In this document: in pieces, positions 1 to 8,289 of the stretch
How the letters are laid out: each line of letters begins with the position of its first letter
Position numbering within the stretch: position 1 is the first letter of the stretch
The notes under the pieces: generated by a model
Database searches by the model: none
What the model saw: the letters and a program-made list of their open reading frames with translations, nothing else
Told to the model about the DNA's origin: nothing
Program-made: the position numbers and the translations under genes
Source: Martelella alba
GTDB taxonomy: Bacteria > Pseudomonadota > Gammaproteobacteria > Enterobacterales > Enterobacteriaceae
Assembly: GCF_005217455.1 (NCBI RefSeq)
Contig: NZ_SZPQ01000027.1
Location: 31,932 to 55,931 of the forward strand
Direction: 5' to 3'
Length of the DNA stretch: 24,000 nt

Positions 1-1
1 C

Positions 2-280
2 GAGGATAGCGTGCCGGTGCCGTCCGCGGCGCTGATGCGGCGGATCGTCGCGTCGGCGCCCGGGGGGAAACCGGAGCGCCGGGCCGGGCAAGCCGGAATG
101 ACGCTCGCGGCATACTGGTGGGCCGGCGCGGCATTTGTCTGCGTTGGACTGGCCGGCGGGCTGGCGGGGGCCTTTTTGACGGCGACGCTGCTGTCGTCCA
201 CCGCGCCGTCGTTCGATAACGCCGCCATCTATATGATGACGTCGTTTAGCGCGCCGCCTGCTGAAGGAGGCGCCGAATGA
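2..280 (+). CDS. C-terminal part of a single-pass membrane protein, possibly an anti-sigma factor (5' end outside the window)
   Basis: The frame is open from base 2, with no stop before the GTG at 11. It has one strongly hydrophobic span (AAYWWAGAAFVCVGLAGGLAGAFLTATLL). Its stop overlaps the next start (ATGA at 277-280). The function is inferred only from its position ahead of a Spy/CpxP-like sensor gene. Confidence 0.35.
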   Translation, partial: EDSVPVPSAALMRRIVASAPGGKPERRAGQAGMTLAAYWWAGAAFVCVGLAGGLAGAFLTATLLSSTAPSFDNAAIYMMTSFSAPPAEGGAE

Positions 281-792
281 GGCTCCGCCACTGGCAAATT
301 CTGCTGCTGGGCTCGCTGATGTGCAATGCCTTTCTCTTGGGCGGCGCGGCGGGGGCCGCCTGGCAATGGTTGGCGACCCATGGACATATTTCTCGCGCCG
401 CGCCGCCATCTCAGACGCACGCCTTGCGTTTCGCCGCGCGCGGCCTTTCCTTGCAACGCCAGCAGGAATTCATGGCCGTGCTGAAAGCCGCGCATCGCGA
501 TGCCGGCGATTCCGCCCGTCAGGGTAGGGAGGGGCGTCGGGACGTTCTCGATCTGCTGGCGGCGCCAAAGCTCAATCGTGTGGCGTTGGATGCCGCGCTG
601 GAACACACCCGGGAAGCCGACATGACCTTACGGACCCGAATCGAACAAGGCGTGGCGGATTTCGCGGCCAGTTTGACGCCGGATGAACGCGCCCGGTTCG
701 CGGCGGCATTGCGGCGGGATGGGGAATGGCGGCAGGCAGACGGCGCCCCGGCGACGCAACGACTGGACAAGCCACACGCCCGGCCTCAATAA
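277..792 (+). CDS. Periplasmic heavy-metal-sensor / Spy-CpxP-like protein (Metal_resist-type)
   Basis: 171 aa with an N-terminal signal/anchor (WQILLLGSLMCNAFLLGGAAGAAW). The rest is a charged, helical, Arg/Ala/Gln-rich body with LTxxQ-like repeats (LSLQRQQEF, LTPDERARF) typical of this family. It is translationally coupled to the upstream ORF. Confidence 0.55.
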   Translation: MRLRHWQILLLGSLMCNAFLLGGAAGAAWQWLATHGHISRAAPPSQTHALRFAARGLSLQRQQEFMAVLKAAHRDAGDSARQGREGRRDVLDLLAAPKLNRVALDAALEHTREADMTLRTRIEQGVADFAASLTPDERARFAAALRRDGEWRQADGAPATQRLDKPHARPQ

Positions 793-941
793 AAAATCGG
801 TTATTCGCATTATGGCGTCGCTTGCGCGTCACGGCACCGGAGCGGGCGGTCTCATAGGGGGCGCTATTTTTTCCATTCATGCGACGGGTTTTCCGTCGGG
901 CGACGTTCAATAAGTCATCGCCGTTAATCAGGAATTCGACT

Positions 942-2438
942 ATGCCCGTTGCCTCAGTCTCGCCACCCCTCAGCCCTCCTGGCGTGTTCCACCCATTGAG
1001 CGCCGCCGCCATCGCCTTTAACCGCTTCGGGCTTGGCGCGCGTCCGGACGATACCCCGCCAGATAACGCCAGGGCCTGGTTATCCCATCAGTTCGCCGAT
1101 TACCAGTCGCGGCCAGCCGCATGGGCGACACAACCCGGTTCTCTCGCCATTGCCGCGTGCCTTGCCCAAGAGCGCCGGGCGGCAACGATGACGCCGGGAT
1201 CCGCTTCAGGGTCGCCGGGGTCGGGGGCCCGCGCGGTTAACGGCAAACAAGATAAAGCGGCTCGTCAGGCGGCGATGAAGGCGGTAAACGCCACCGCCCG
1301 CGATCTGTACCAGCAAGCGGTGGATGCCCGCGTGGCCAGCGCATTGACCACGTCCGCGCCGTTTATCGAGCGGTTGGTCCATTTTTGGTCGAACCATTTC
1401 GCGGTATCGGTGGATCGGGGCGAAGTGATGCCTTATGCGGGGGCCTTCGAGGCGGAAGCCATCCGACCGCACGTACTTGGCCGCTTTGAGGATATGCTGA
1501 CGGCGGTCGAGCAGCATCCCGCCATGCAACTGTTTCTGGACCAGAGCCATTCGGTCGGGCCGGACAGTCCCGCCGCCCTTCGCGCCGAGCAGCGCAAGCC
1601 ACAGCGCCATCCCGGATTAAACGAAAACCTGGCCAGGGAAATCATGGAATTACATACCCTGGGCGCGCGTAGCGGCTACAGCCAGGCCGATGTGACGGAA
1701 TTCGCCCGCGCGATGACCGGCTGGAGCATTGGCGCGGGTCGGCCGAAAAATGACGGGCCGGCCGGCGGTTTTGTTTTCCGGCCGTTATGGCACGAGCCCG
1801 GCGCGCGGGAAATCATGGGGCACCGCTACGGCCAACCGGGTATGGAACAGGCACGCGCGGTACTGCATACCCTGGCGATATCGCCGGCGACCGCGCGACA
1901 TATCGCGGGTAAGCTGGCGCGCCATTTTATCGCCGATAATCCGTCGCCCACCGTAACCGAGGAGCTTGCGCGGGCGTTTATGCAAAGCCGCGGCGATCTG
2001 CCGACACTCTACCATGCTTTGATTGCCGCCAAGGACGCATGGTCGCCCTCGGCGGTGAAATTCAAATCCCCCTGGGACTGGGCGATATCAGCGCTACGCG
2101 CGCTCGGCATCGTCGACGTGACGCCGGCAAACGGCAGGCTGCCGCAGATGGCGCCGTTGCTGGCGAAACTCGGCCAGCCGGTTTGGCGACCCGGCTCCCC
2201 GGCCGGCTATGAGGACAGCTCGGCCAATTGGGCCGCTCCCGATGCGCTGGTGCGACGGGTGGAATTGGCGCAGCGCCTGGCGTCGCACATCGGCGATCGT
2301 CTCGATCCGCGCCGGCTTGGCCCGCATTTGCTGGCCGGCTCGTTAAGCGCTGCAACCGCCCAGGCGGTCTCCCGCGCCGAAAGCGTTTCGACAGGTCTGG
2401 CATTATTGTTGGTTTCGCCCGATTTTCAACGGAGGTAA
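942..2438 (+). CDS. DUF1800 family protein
   Basis: Family-typical motifs are present: FNRFGLGARP, ERLVHFWSNHFAVS, HPAMQLFLDQ, NENLAREIMELHTLG. I prefer the ATG at 942 (AGGAA 8 nt upstream) over the ORF-track start at 879. It is followed 3 nt later by its usual DUF1501 partner. Confidence 0.8.
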   Translation: MPVASVSPPLSPPGVFHPLSAAAIAFNRFGLGARPDDTPPDNARAWLSHQFADYQSRPAAWATQPGSLAIAACLAQERRAATMTPGSASGSPGSGARAVNGKQDKAARQAAMKAVNATARDLYQQAVDARVASALTTSAPFIERLVHFWSNHFAVSVDRGEVMPYAGAFEAEAIRPHVLGRFEDMLTAVEQHPAMQLFLDQSHSVGPDSPAALRAEQRKPQRHPGLNENLAREIMELHTLGARSGYSQADVTEFARAMTGWSIGAGRPKNDGPAGGFVFRPLWHEPGAREIMGHRYGQPGMEQARAVLHTLAISPATARHIAGKLARHFIADNPSPTVTEELARAFMQSRGDLPTLYHALIAAKDAWSPSAVKFKSPWDWAISALRALGIVDVTPANGRLPQMAPLLAKLGQPVWRPGSPAGYEDSSANWAAPDALVRRVELAQRLASHIGDRLDPRRLGPHLLAGSLSAATAQAVSRAESVSTGLALLLVSPDFQRR

Positions 2439-2441
2439 CCG

Positions 2442-3602
2442 ATGCTCAATCGTCGCCGTTTTATTCAGGTTATCGCCGCCGGTGGCGCGGCGTTGCTCGT
2501 CGCGCCGCGCATCGTGTTCGCCCGCGCCGCCACCGATCGCCGCTTTATCTTTGTTATTCAGCGCGGCGCGGCCGACGGGCTCAATACGGTGGTGCCCTAC
2601 GCTGATCCCGGTTACGCGGCGATGCGCGGTCCCCTGGCGGTGGATATTTCCGCCGGCGCCAAGCTCGATAGCCTGTTTGCGCTGCATCCGTCCCTTGAAC
2701 GCATCGGGATGATGTACCGCCGGCAAGAGGCGCTGTTTGTCCACGCCGTGGCATCGCCCTATCGCGATCGTTCCCATTTTGATGGGCAAAACGTACTGGA
2801 AACAGGCGGCGGCGCACCCTACCAGGTGAAGGATGGCTGGCTAAACCGTCTGGCGGGCATGCTGCCCAGCGCTGATCCGGCTGAACGGGAACGGGCCATC
2901 GCGTTCGCCGCGACGATACCGATGGCCTTGCGCGGCCGGACGGATGTGACCTCTTATGCGCCGTCCGGTTTGCCCCAGGCCCCCGATGATTTGCTGGCGC
3001 GCGTTACCGCGCTTTATGCCCGGGATCCTCAGTTGCATACCTTGTGGGAGGCCGCCATGGACGCGCGCGGGCTGGCGGGCGATGTGCGGGCGCGGCAAGA
3101 CCCGGCCAGCATTGGCAACATGGCCGCCCGTTTCCTGAAATCCGCCGACGGACCGCGCATCGCCATGATCGAGACCGGCGGATGGGATACGCATAGCGCG
3201 CAAATGCCCCGGATGGCGGCGCAACTCAAGGCGCTGGACGGCATGATTGCCGCTTTGCGCGAGGGTTTGGGCGATATATGGGGTAAAACCACGGTCCTGG
3301 TCGCCACCGAGTTCGGCCGCATGGTGGCGGCCAATGGCACGGACGGCACCGATCATGGCACGGCATCGGCGGCGATGATTTTGGGCGGCGCCGTGGCGGG
3401 CGGGCGTGTTATCGCCGACTGGCCGGGGTTGCGGCGGCAAGATCTCTATCAGGATCGCGATTTGCGGCCGACGACGGCGCTGGACGGACTTATCGCCGGG
3501 GTGGTCAGTGATTGCCTGCAACTGGACCCGGAATTGACGGCGCGCACGCTCTTTGCGCGGGCGAAGGGCGTGCGGCCGGCAAAGGGGTTGATCCGGACAT
3601 AA
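2442..3602 (+). CDS. DUF1501 family protein (sulfatase/alkaline-phosphatase-like fold), Tat-exported
   Basis: It has a twin-arginine signal (MLNRRRFIQVIAAGGAALLVAPRIVFARA). DUF1501 hallmarks are ETGGWDTH and TEFGR...NGTDGTDHG. A GGAGG SD lies inside the end of the DUF1800 gene. Confidence 0.85.
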   Translation: MLNRRRFIQVIAAGGAALLVAPRIVFARAATDRRFIFVIQRGAADGLNTVVPYADPGYAAMRGPLAVDISAGAKLDSLFALHPSLERIGMMYRRQEALFVHAVASPYRDRSHFDGQNVLETGGGAPYQVKDGWLNRLAGMLPSADPAERERAIAFAATIPMALRGRTDVTSYAPSGLPQAPDDLLARVTALYARDPQLHTLWEAAMDARGLAGDVRARQDPASIGNMAARFLKSADGPRIAMIETGGWDTHSAQMPRMAAQLKALDGMIAALREGLGDIWGKTTVLVATEFGRMVAANGTDGTDHGTASAAMILGGAVAGGRVIADWPGLRRQDLYQDRDLRPTTALDGLIAGVVSDCLQLDPELTARTLFARAKGVRPAKGLIRT

Positions 3603-3660
3603 AAGCCGGGAGCGAAAATGCCTAACGAACGCCGGCGGAAAAACCCTGGCGCCGTGCGGT

Positions 3661-3688
3661 TGGACAAGAAGAGAAGGTTGATTATAAT
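3661..3688 (+). promoter_or_regulatory. Candidate sigma70 promoter of alkB (TGGACA - 16 nt - TATAAT)
   Basis: The -35-like TGGACA is at 3661-3666 and a perfect -10 TATAAT at 3683-3688, with 16 nt spacing. The predicted start would fall inside the LexA box. Confidence 0.5.
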
Positions 3689-3692
3689 ATAA

Positions 3693-3708
3693 CTGTATAT
3701 ATATACAG
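3693..3708. promoter_or_regulatory. LexA (SOS) box, perfect consensus CTGTATATATATACAG
   Basis: This exact 16-bp palindrome matches the gammaproteobacterial CTGT-N8-ACAG consensus at every position. It lies between the -10 element and the alkB SD (AGGA 3707-3710; ATG 3718). Confidence 0.75.
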
Positions 3709-3717
3709 GATTAGATT

Positions 3718-4368
3718 ATGACACTCGATCTTTTTGAAGATGCGCTCCCCCCGCCCTGGCGCGAACAGATCGCACCGGGTGCGGTCGTGCTGCATGGCTT
3801 TGTCCGCGAACAGGGTCCACAACTGCTCGCGGCAGTGCAAAGCGTGATTGTACGGGTGCCATGGCGGCACATGATTACGCCGGGAGGCTATACCATGTCG
3901 GTGGCCATGAGCTGGTGCGGCAACGGCTGGTCCCGCCGTGATCGAGGCTACCGTTATCCGGAACGCGATTCCCATCGCAACCGGCCCTGGCCGCCCATTC
4001 CCGGGATTTTGCTAGCGTTGGCCGATGAAGCGGCGCGACAGGCCGGATTTGGCGCCTTTGCGCCGGATTCCTGTCTGATGAACCGTTATGATCCCGGCAG
4101 CAAGCTGTCACTGCATCAGGATAAAGAAGAGCATGATCTGGACGCGCCCATCGTGTCGGTCTCGCTCGGCCTGCCGGCGGTGTTTCAGTTCGGCGGTTTA
4201 CGGCGCGGCGATCACGCGCGGCGTATTCCGCTGGCGCACGGCGATGTGGTGGTGTGGGGCGGCCCGTCGCGGCTTTGCTTTCACGGGATCATGCCGGTCA
4301 AGGAAGGTTATCATTCACTGGTGGGACCGCATCGTATCAACATTACACTGCGCAAAGCGTCCCGATAA
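3718..4368 (+). CDS. alkB: Alpha-ketoglutarate/Fe(II)-dependent DNA/RNA dealkylating dioxygenase AlkB
   Basis: 216 aa, colinear with E. coli AlkB. Shared blocks are LDLF, PGGYTMSVAM, NRYDPGSKLSLHQDKEEHDLDAPIVSVSLGLPAVFQFGGLRR and HGDVVVWGGPSRLCFHGI. The HxD...H iron ligands are present. Confidence 0.93.
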   Translation: MTLDLFEDALPPPWREQIAPGAVVLHGFVREQGPQLLAAVQSVIVRVPWRHMITPGGYTMSVAMSWCGNGWSRRDRGYRYPERDSHRNRPWPPIPGILLALADEAARQAGFGAFAPDSCLMNRYDPGSKLSLHQDKEEHDLDAPIVSVSLGLPAVFQFGGLRRGDHARRIPLAHGDVVVWGGPSRLCFHGIMPVKEGYHSLVGPHRINITLRKASR

Positions 4369-4455
4369 AGGCGCGCCGCGGACCGCTGTCCCCGGCGGAA
4401 AACCGGGGGCGGCGCGGCCGAAGCCTGTTTGATTGGCTGTCGGCCAAGGAGGTCG

Positions 4456-5532
4456 CTAGGCGGCGGTGGCTGCGCTATGCACCGCTTCCCACAACCCCAT
4501 CAGGTAGGTGGCGCCCAAAGCCCGGTCATACAGGCCGTAGCCCGGCCGGCCGGTTTCCCCCCAGATAAACCGGCCGTGATCGGGACGGATATAGCCGTCA
4601 AAGCCGTTATCATGCAGGGCCTTGATGATTTTCACCATGTCCAGCGAACCGTAGCGGGATACATGCGCCGATTCGTAGAAATCCTTATCCTTGATAAGCT
4701 TGATATTGCGGACGTGAGCGAAATGAATACGTTTACGCCGCGAAAATTCCGCCAGGATGTCATAAACGTCATTGGCGGGATCCTCGGCGATGGAGCCGGT
4801 GCACAGCGTGATGCCGTTGGCTTCGGAGTCGACGGCGTTGCACAGCCAATCCAGATCGTTCCGGTTTTTAATGATACGCGGCAAACCGAAGATGGAATAG
4901 GGCGGATCATCGGGATGGATGGCCATTTTAACGCCCACTTCCTCGCAAACGGGAATCACGGCTTTCAAAAAGTAGACGAGATTCTCACGTAGCCTGGCAT
5001 CATCGACATCGTGATATTTCGCGAACAATTCCTGCACCTGGGCAAGACGCTCCGGCTCCCAACCCGGCAGGGCGAAACCGTTGGAATTATCCAACACTTC
5101 CTTGACCACTTGCGCCAGGCTTTTGTCGATGCCTTTCTTTTCAAAGGCCATGGTAATGGAGCCGTCGGGCAAAACGTAATTCATATCGGTTTTCATCCAA
5201 TCGAAAACCGGCATGAAATTATAGCAAATCACTTTGACGCCGAACTCGGCCAGATGGCGTAGGGTTTGTTGATAATTAGCGATATAGGTATCGCGGCTGG
5301 GCAAACCGATTTTGATGTCGTCATGGATATTGACGCTTTCGATCACTTCCATGGTGAGGCCGGCTTGATGCGCCTGGCTGATCAGCGCCTTGATTTTATC
5401 CTTTGGCCACACTTCGCCCACAGGAACGTCATATAGCGCGCCCACAACACCTTCCACGCCGGGCACCTGACGGATGTTTTCCAGTGTGACCTTATCTTCT
5501 GCCGGGCCGAACCAGCGCATTGTCATTTGCAT
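4456..5532 (-). CDS. uxuA: Mannonate dehydratase (short, Bacillus/Streptococcus-like form)
   Basis: 358 aa. Motifs: MTMRWFGP...VPGVEGVVGALYDVPVGEVWP, ICYNFMPVFDWMKTD, MAIHPDDPP, RPDHG. It lacks the roughly 35-aa internal insertion I recall in the 394-aa E. coli UxuA. Confidence 0.9.
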   Translation of the reverse strand: MQMTMRWFGPAEDKVTLENIRQVPGVEGVVGALYDVPVGEVWPKDKIKALISQAHQAGLTMEVIESVNIHDDIKIGLPSRDTYIANYQQTLRHLAEFGVKVICYNFMPVFDWMKTDMNYVLPDGSITMAFEKKGIDKSLAQVVKEVLDNSNGFALPGWEPERLAQVQELFAKYHDVDDARLRENLVYFLKAVIPVCEEVGVKMAIHPDDPPYSIFGLPRIIKNRNDLDWLCNAVDSEANGITLCTGSIAEDPANDVYDILAEFSRRKRIHFAHVRNIKLIKDKDFYESAHVSRYGSLDMVKIIKALHDNGFDGYIRPDHGRFIWGETGRPGYGLYDRALGATYLMGLWEAVHSAATAA

Positions 5533-5774
5533 AATAATTCATTGACCTCATAATAATACGGCGTTTAACGGTAATCCCACGAGTACTGACCGCAGGTAAT
5601 GCAATCGCACTATCATACCGCTTTAACACGACGGAAATCCCCCGTCATTAAACAGGCTAAAATAGTGTCAAAACACCAATGATTGATAACGCTTCCATGG
5701 TGATACTTTGGATTTTTTCACATCACTAAGTGTATCATTAACCCTACTACCATACAAGTCTGGCGAAAAATTTT

Positions 5775-5790
5775 AGTGATCCAAATCACA
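5775..5790. promoter_or_regulatory. CRP-like site AGTGA-N6-TCACA (uxuA-proximal)
   Basis: The sequence is ttttAGTGAtccaaaTCACAttta: 9 of 10 core positions plus the TTT flank. Its centre is about 250 bp upstream of the uxuA ATG. Confidence 0.45.
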
Positions 5791-5936
5791 TTTAATGACG
5801 CAACTTCGCAAAAATAATCAAAATTTATAGGGTCGCTCGTCAAGATGTTAACCGGATGCCAGACCGTTCGAGCGGCTCGCCACTTAGAAAGCATACCATT
5901 GCTTTTAAAAATTAATAAAATGATATGTAATCGTTT

Positions 5937-5958
5937 ACATGTGATTTGGTTCACAAAT
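5937..5958. promoter_or_regulatory. CRP binding site, perfect TGTGA-N6-TCACA core (uxaC-proximal)
   Basis: The sequence is acaTGTGAtttggtTCACAaat. Both pentamers are perfect with correct 6-nt spacing, in the divergent uxuA/uxaC control region. Confidence 0.65.
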
Positions 5959-6231
5959 TCATTATATTTTGCCTTGTATGCGACGGCAATTCGCACGATG
6001 ATTTCGCCTATTGAAGAACCATTAAGCGCTAAATTACCCAAGTCGCATCCCGTGAGTCAGAAGGAGACATGGTCGTCGGAAACGGTTAAAAACCGCTAAT
6101 GCCGGTTTGGGACGGAAGACGAAATGACTCATTTATGACCAGAGGGATAGGCAGGGGGGTATTTAGGGTGAGCGGACGCCGTCAACGAGGCTATATGGCG
6201 TGTGGCGGGTATATTATGCATCGGGGGAATA

Positions 6232-7635
6232 ATGGACGTTATCGGGAAGAATTTCATGTTGCGCGGCAATAAGTCCCAGGATTTATATCATCGGCTTGCC
6301 GCCAAATTACCCATCATTGATTATCACTGTCATCTGGATCCGCGCATTATCGCGGAAAATACGCCGTTTGAAGATATGACGGCGCTGTGGCTGGCGGGCG
6401 ATCATTACAAATGGCGGGCGATGCGGGCCAATGGCGTCGCTGAGCGTCTGATAACCGGCGATGCGCCGGCGGAAGAAAAATTCAAAGCCTGGGCCGAAAC
6501 GGTGGAGGCGTGTCTTGGCAATCCGCTTTATCACTGGACGCACCTGGAGTTGAAATTCTATTTCAACATCACCGAGCCGCTCAATGGTCGGAATTGGCGC
6601 GAAATCTGGAATGCCTGCAACGCGGCTTTGCAAACGCCGGCTTTTTTACCGCGCGAATTGATTCGTCGCGCCAATGTGACCGCTCTTTGCACGACCGATT
6701 CACCCACCGATTCGCTGGAATATCACCAGCAAATCCGCGCGGACGAGGATTTCGCCGTCAAAGTTCTCCCCACCTTCCGGCCCGATGACGCCCTGGAAGC
6801 CAACGGCGAGGCGTTTGTCCGCCACGTCAGGCGGCTTGCGGAATTGACCGGCGGCGCCATCGCCACGTTCGAGGATTATCTGGGCGCGCTGGACAAGCGC
6901 ATTGCCTATTTCCACGCGCAGGGCGGGCGGCTGTCTGATCATGGATTGACGCGCCTGTGCTATTTACCGGCGACCGATGCGCAGCGACAGGCGTTATTCG
7001 CCAGAAAATTAGCCGGGGAAACGCTAACCGGCGACGATGCCGTCCGCTTTACCTCCGCCGTGCTGGTTGGACTGGGAGAAAGCTATGCCCGGCGCGGCTG
7101 GGCGATGCAAATCCATTTCGGCGCCATCCGTAATACCCAAAGCCGGCTCTATCAGGCACTGGGGGCGAATATCGGCGTGGATTCCATCTATGACCAAAGC
7201 GATGTGGCGCCGCAGCTCAATGGACTGCTGGATGCGATGCAGCGCGGCGGGGGATTGCCAAAAACCATTGTTTATAACCTTGATCCGTCCCTAAACGATG
7301 TCATCGCCTCGACCATGGCCAACTTCCAAAGCGCCGGCGGGGTTAAATCACCCATGCAATTCGGCGCCGGATGGTGGTTTAACGATACCCGGCGCGGGAT
7401 GTTGCGGCAGCTCACCGCCTTGGCCGATCACGGCCTGTTGATGAATTTCGTCGGTATGCTGACCGATTCCCGCAGCTTCACCTCTTACACCCGCCATGAT
7501 TATTTCCGGCGAATCCTCTGCAATCTTGTCGGGGAATGGGTGGAAAATGAAGAAATACCCGATGATGACGCGTTGCTTGACAGACTGATCGCCGGGGTCT
7601 GCTATGACAACGCGCGGGAGTATTTTCAATTTTAA
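6232..7635 (+). CDS. uxaC: Uronate (glucuronate/galacturonate) isomerase
   Basis: 467 aa from the ATG at 6232 (GGGGGA SD upstream). The ORF-track GTG at 6202 adds 10 unlikely residues. Motifs: LPIIDYHCHLDP, GDHYKWRAMRANGV, NPLYHWTHLELK, FGAGWWFND. Confidence 0.92.
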   Translation: MDVIGKNFMLRGNKSQDLYHRLAAKLPIIDYHCHLDPRIIAENTPFEDMTALWLAGDHYKWRAMRANGVAERLITGDAPAEEKFKAWAETVEACLGNPLYHWTHLELKFYFNITEPLNGRNWREIWNACNAALQTPAFLPRELIRRANVTALCTTDSPTDSLEYHQQIRADEDFAVKVLPTFRPDDALEANGEAFVRHVRRLAELTGGAIATFEDYLGALDKRIAYFHAQGGRLSDHGLTRLCYLPATDAQRQALFARKLAGETLTGDDAVRFTSAVLVGLGESYARRGWAMQIHFGAIRNTQSRLYQALGANIGVDSIYDQSDVAPQLNGLLDAMQRGGGLPKTIVYNLDPSLNDVIASTMANFQSAGGVKSPMQFGAGWWFNDTRRGMLRQLTALADHGLLMNFVGMLTDSRSFTSYTRHDYFRRILCNLVGEWVENEEIPDDDALLDRLIAGVCYDNAREYFQF

Positions 7636-7770
7636 TCCCCCCGTGTCAGTGTGAGCTAAGCCGAACGGATAACGGCAAACTCTCATTGCGGGGGATTGCA
7701 ATCTGCTCTTTAGGCCGGATAGTCTACCTTGTACGAAGAACGCCCGGTTTTTTCAAGACAAGGAGAGAAC

Positions 7771-8289
7771 ATGCAGTCTGAAATAGCGACCCCGACCGAC
7801 GCGGTGGCCATCGCCGCGCTCATCAACGCGGCCTATCGCGGCGGCGACCATGGCCATGGATGGACACATGAGGCCGGGCTGATTGCCGGCGACCGCACCA
7901 CGCCGAGCGCCGTGGCGTCGCTTATCGACGATGTCGCCGCCACGGTGCTGCTGCGGCGCGACGATGCGTTTCGTCCTATCGGCTGTATTACCGTGACGAT
8001 GAACGCTCCCACCCGTTGTACGCTCTCGATGCTGGCGGTCGATCCGGATTGTCAGTCGGCCAGGATGGGGCGGATGCTGCTGGAGGATGCCCAACGACTG
8101 GCCGCCGGCATGGGCGCCACCGTGGCGAAAATCACCGTGCTTGAGCAGCGGGAGCCCCTGCTTGCCTGGTATGGCCGGCGGGGGTTTCAGCAAACTGGCG
8201 ACTACGAGGCATTTCCCTACGGGATCAATCAATGGATAGCGCCGCTGCGCGACGATCTGCGGTTCATCGTGCTGGAAAAAGACTTGTAA
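7771..8289 (+). CDS. GNAT family N-acetyltransferase
   Basis: 172 aa from the ATG at 7771 (AAGGAGAG SD). The acetyl-CoA binding region is LAVDPDCQSARMGRMLLEDAQRLAAGMG, and WYGRRGFQQTG is a typical GNAT C-terminal motif. Confidence 0.75.
   Translation: MQSEIATPTDAVAIAALINAAYRGGDHGHGWTHEAGLIAGDRTTPSAVASLIDDVAATVLLRRDDAFRPIGCITVTMNAPTRCTLSMLAVDPDCQSARMGRMLLEDAQRLAAGMGATVAKITVLEQREPLLAWYGRRGFQQTGDYEAFPYGINQWIAPLRDDLRFIVLEKDL

Noticed and set aside
2841-3521. A 226-aa minus-strand ORF antisense to the DUF1501 gene. Similar long antisense or out-of-frame ORFs occur at 229-606, 572-1012, 1206-1610, 4429-4992, 7753-8232, 8978-9370, 9912-10340, 10063-10525, 12771-13526, 16250-16669, 17356-17913, 19154-19594, 19664-20065 and 21941-22420.
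   Set aside because: These are typical shadow ORFs of GC-rich coding DNA. Their products are Arg/Pro/Gly-rich and low-complexity with no recognisable motifs. Each fully overlaps a gene with strong family motifs on the other strand or frame.
4369-4455. A possible bidirectional terminator between convergent alkB and uxuA (CCCCGG-cggaaaa-CCGGGG at 4390-4408).
   Set aside because: It has only a 6-bp stem and no U-tract on either strand, which is too weak to annotate.
5674-5687. The pseudo-palindrome cACCAATGATTGAT as a possible UxuR/ExuR (GntR-family) operator.
   Set aside because: It only partly resembles the AAATTGGT..ACCAATTT-type motif I recall, and its half-sites are imperfect. I mention it inside the uxu finding but do not annotate it as a feature.
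5718-6099. A 107-aa (minus) ORF and an 84-aa (plus) ORF inside the uxuA/uxaC intergenic region. There is also a 6-codon ORF after AAGGAG at 6070.
   Set aside because: These are AT-rich, mutually overlapping ORFs with no SD at a proper distance. The AAGGAG lies only 2 nt from the ATG. There are no recognisable domains, and the CRP sites lie inside them. They are more consistent with regulatory DNA.
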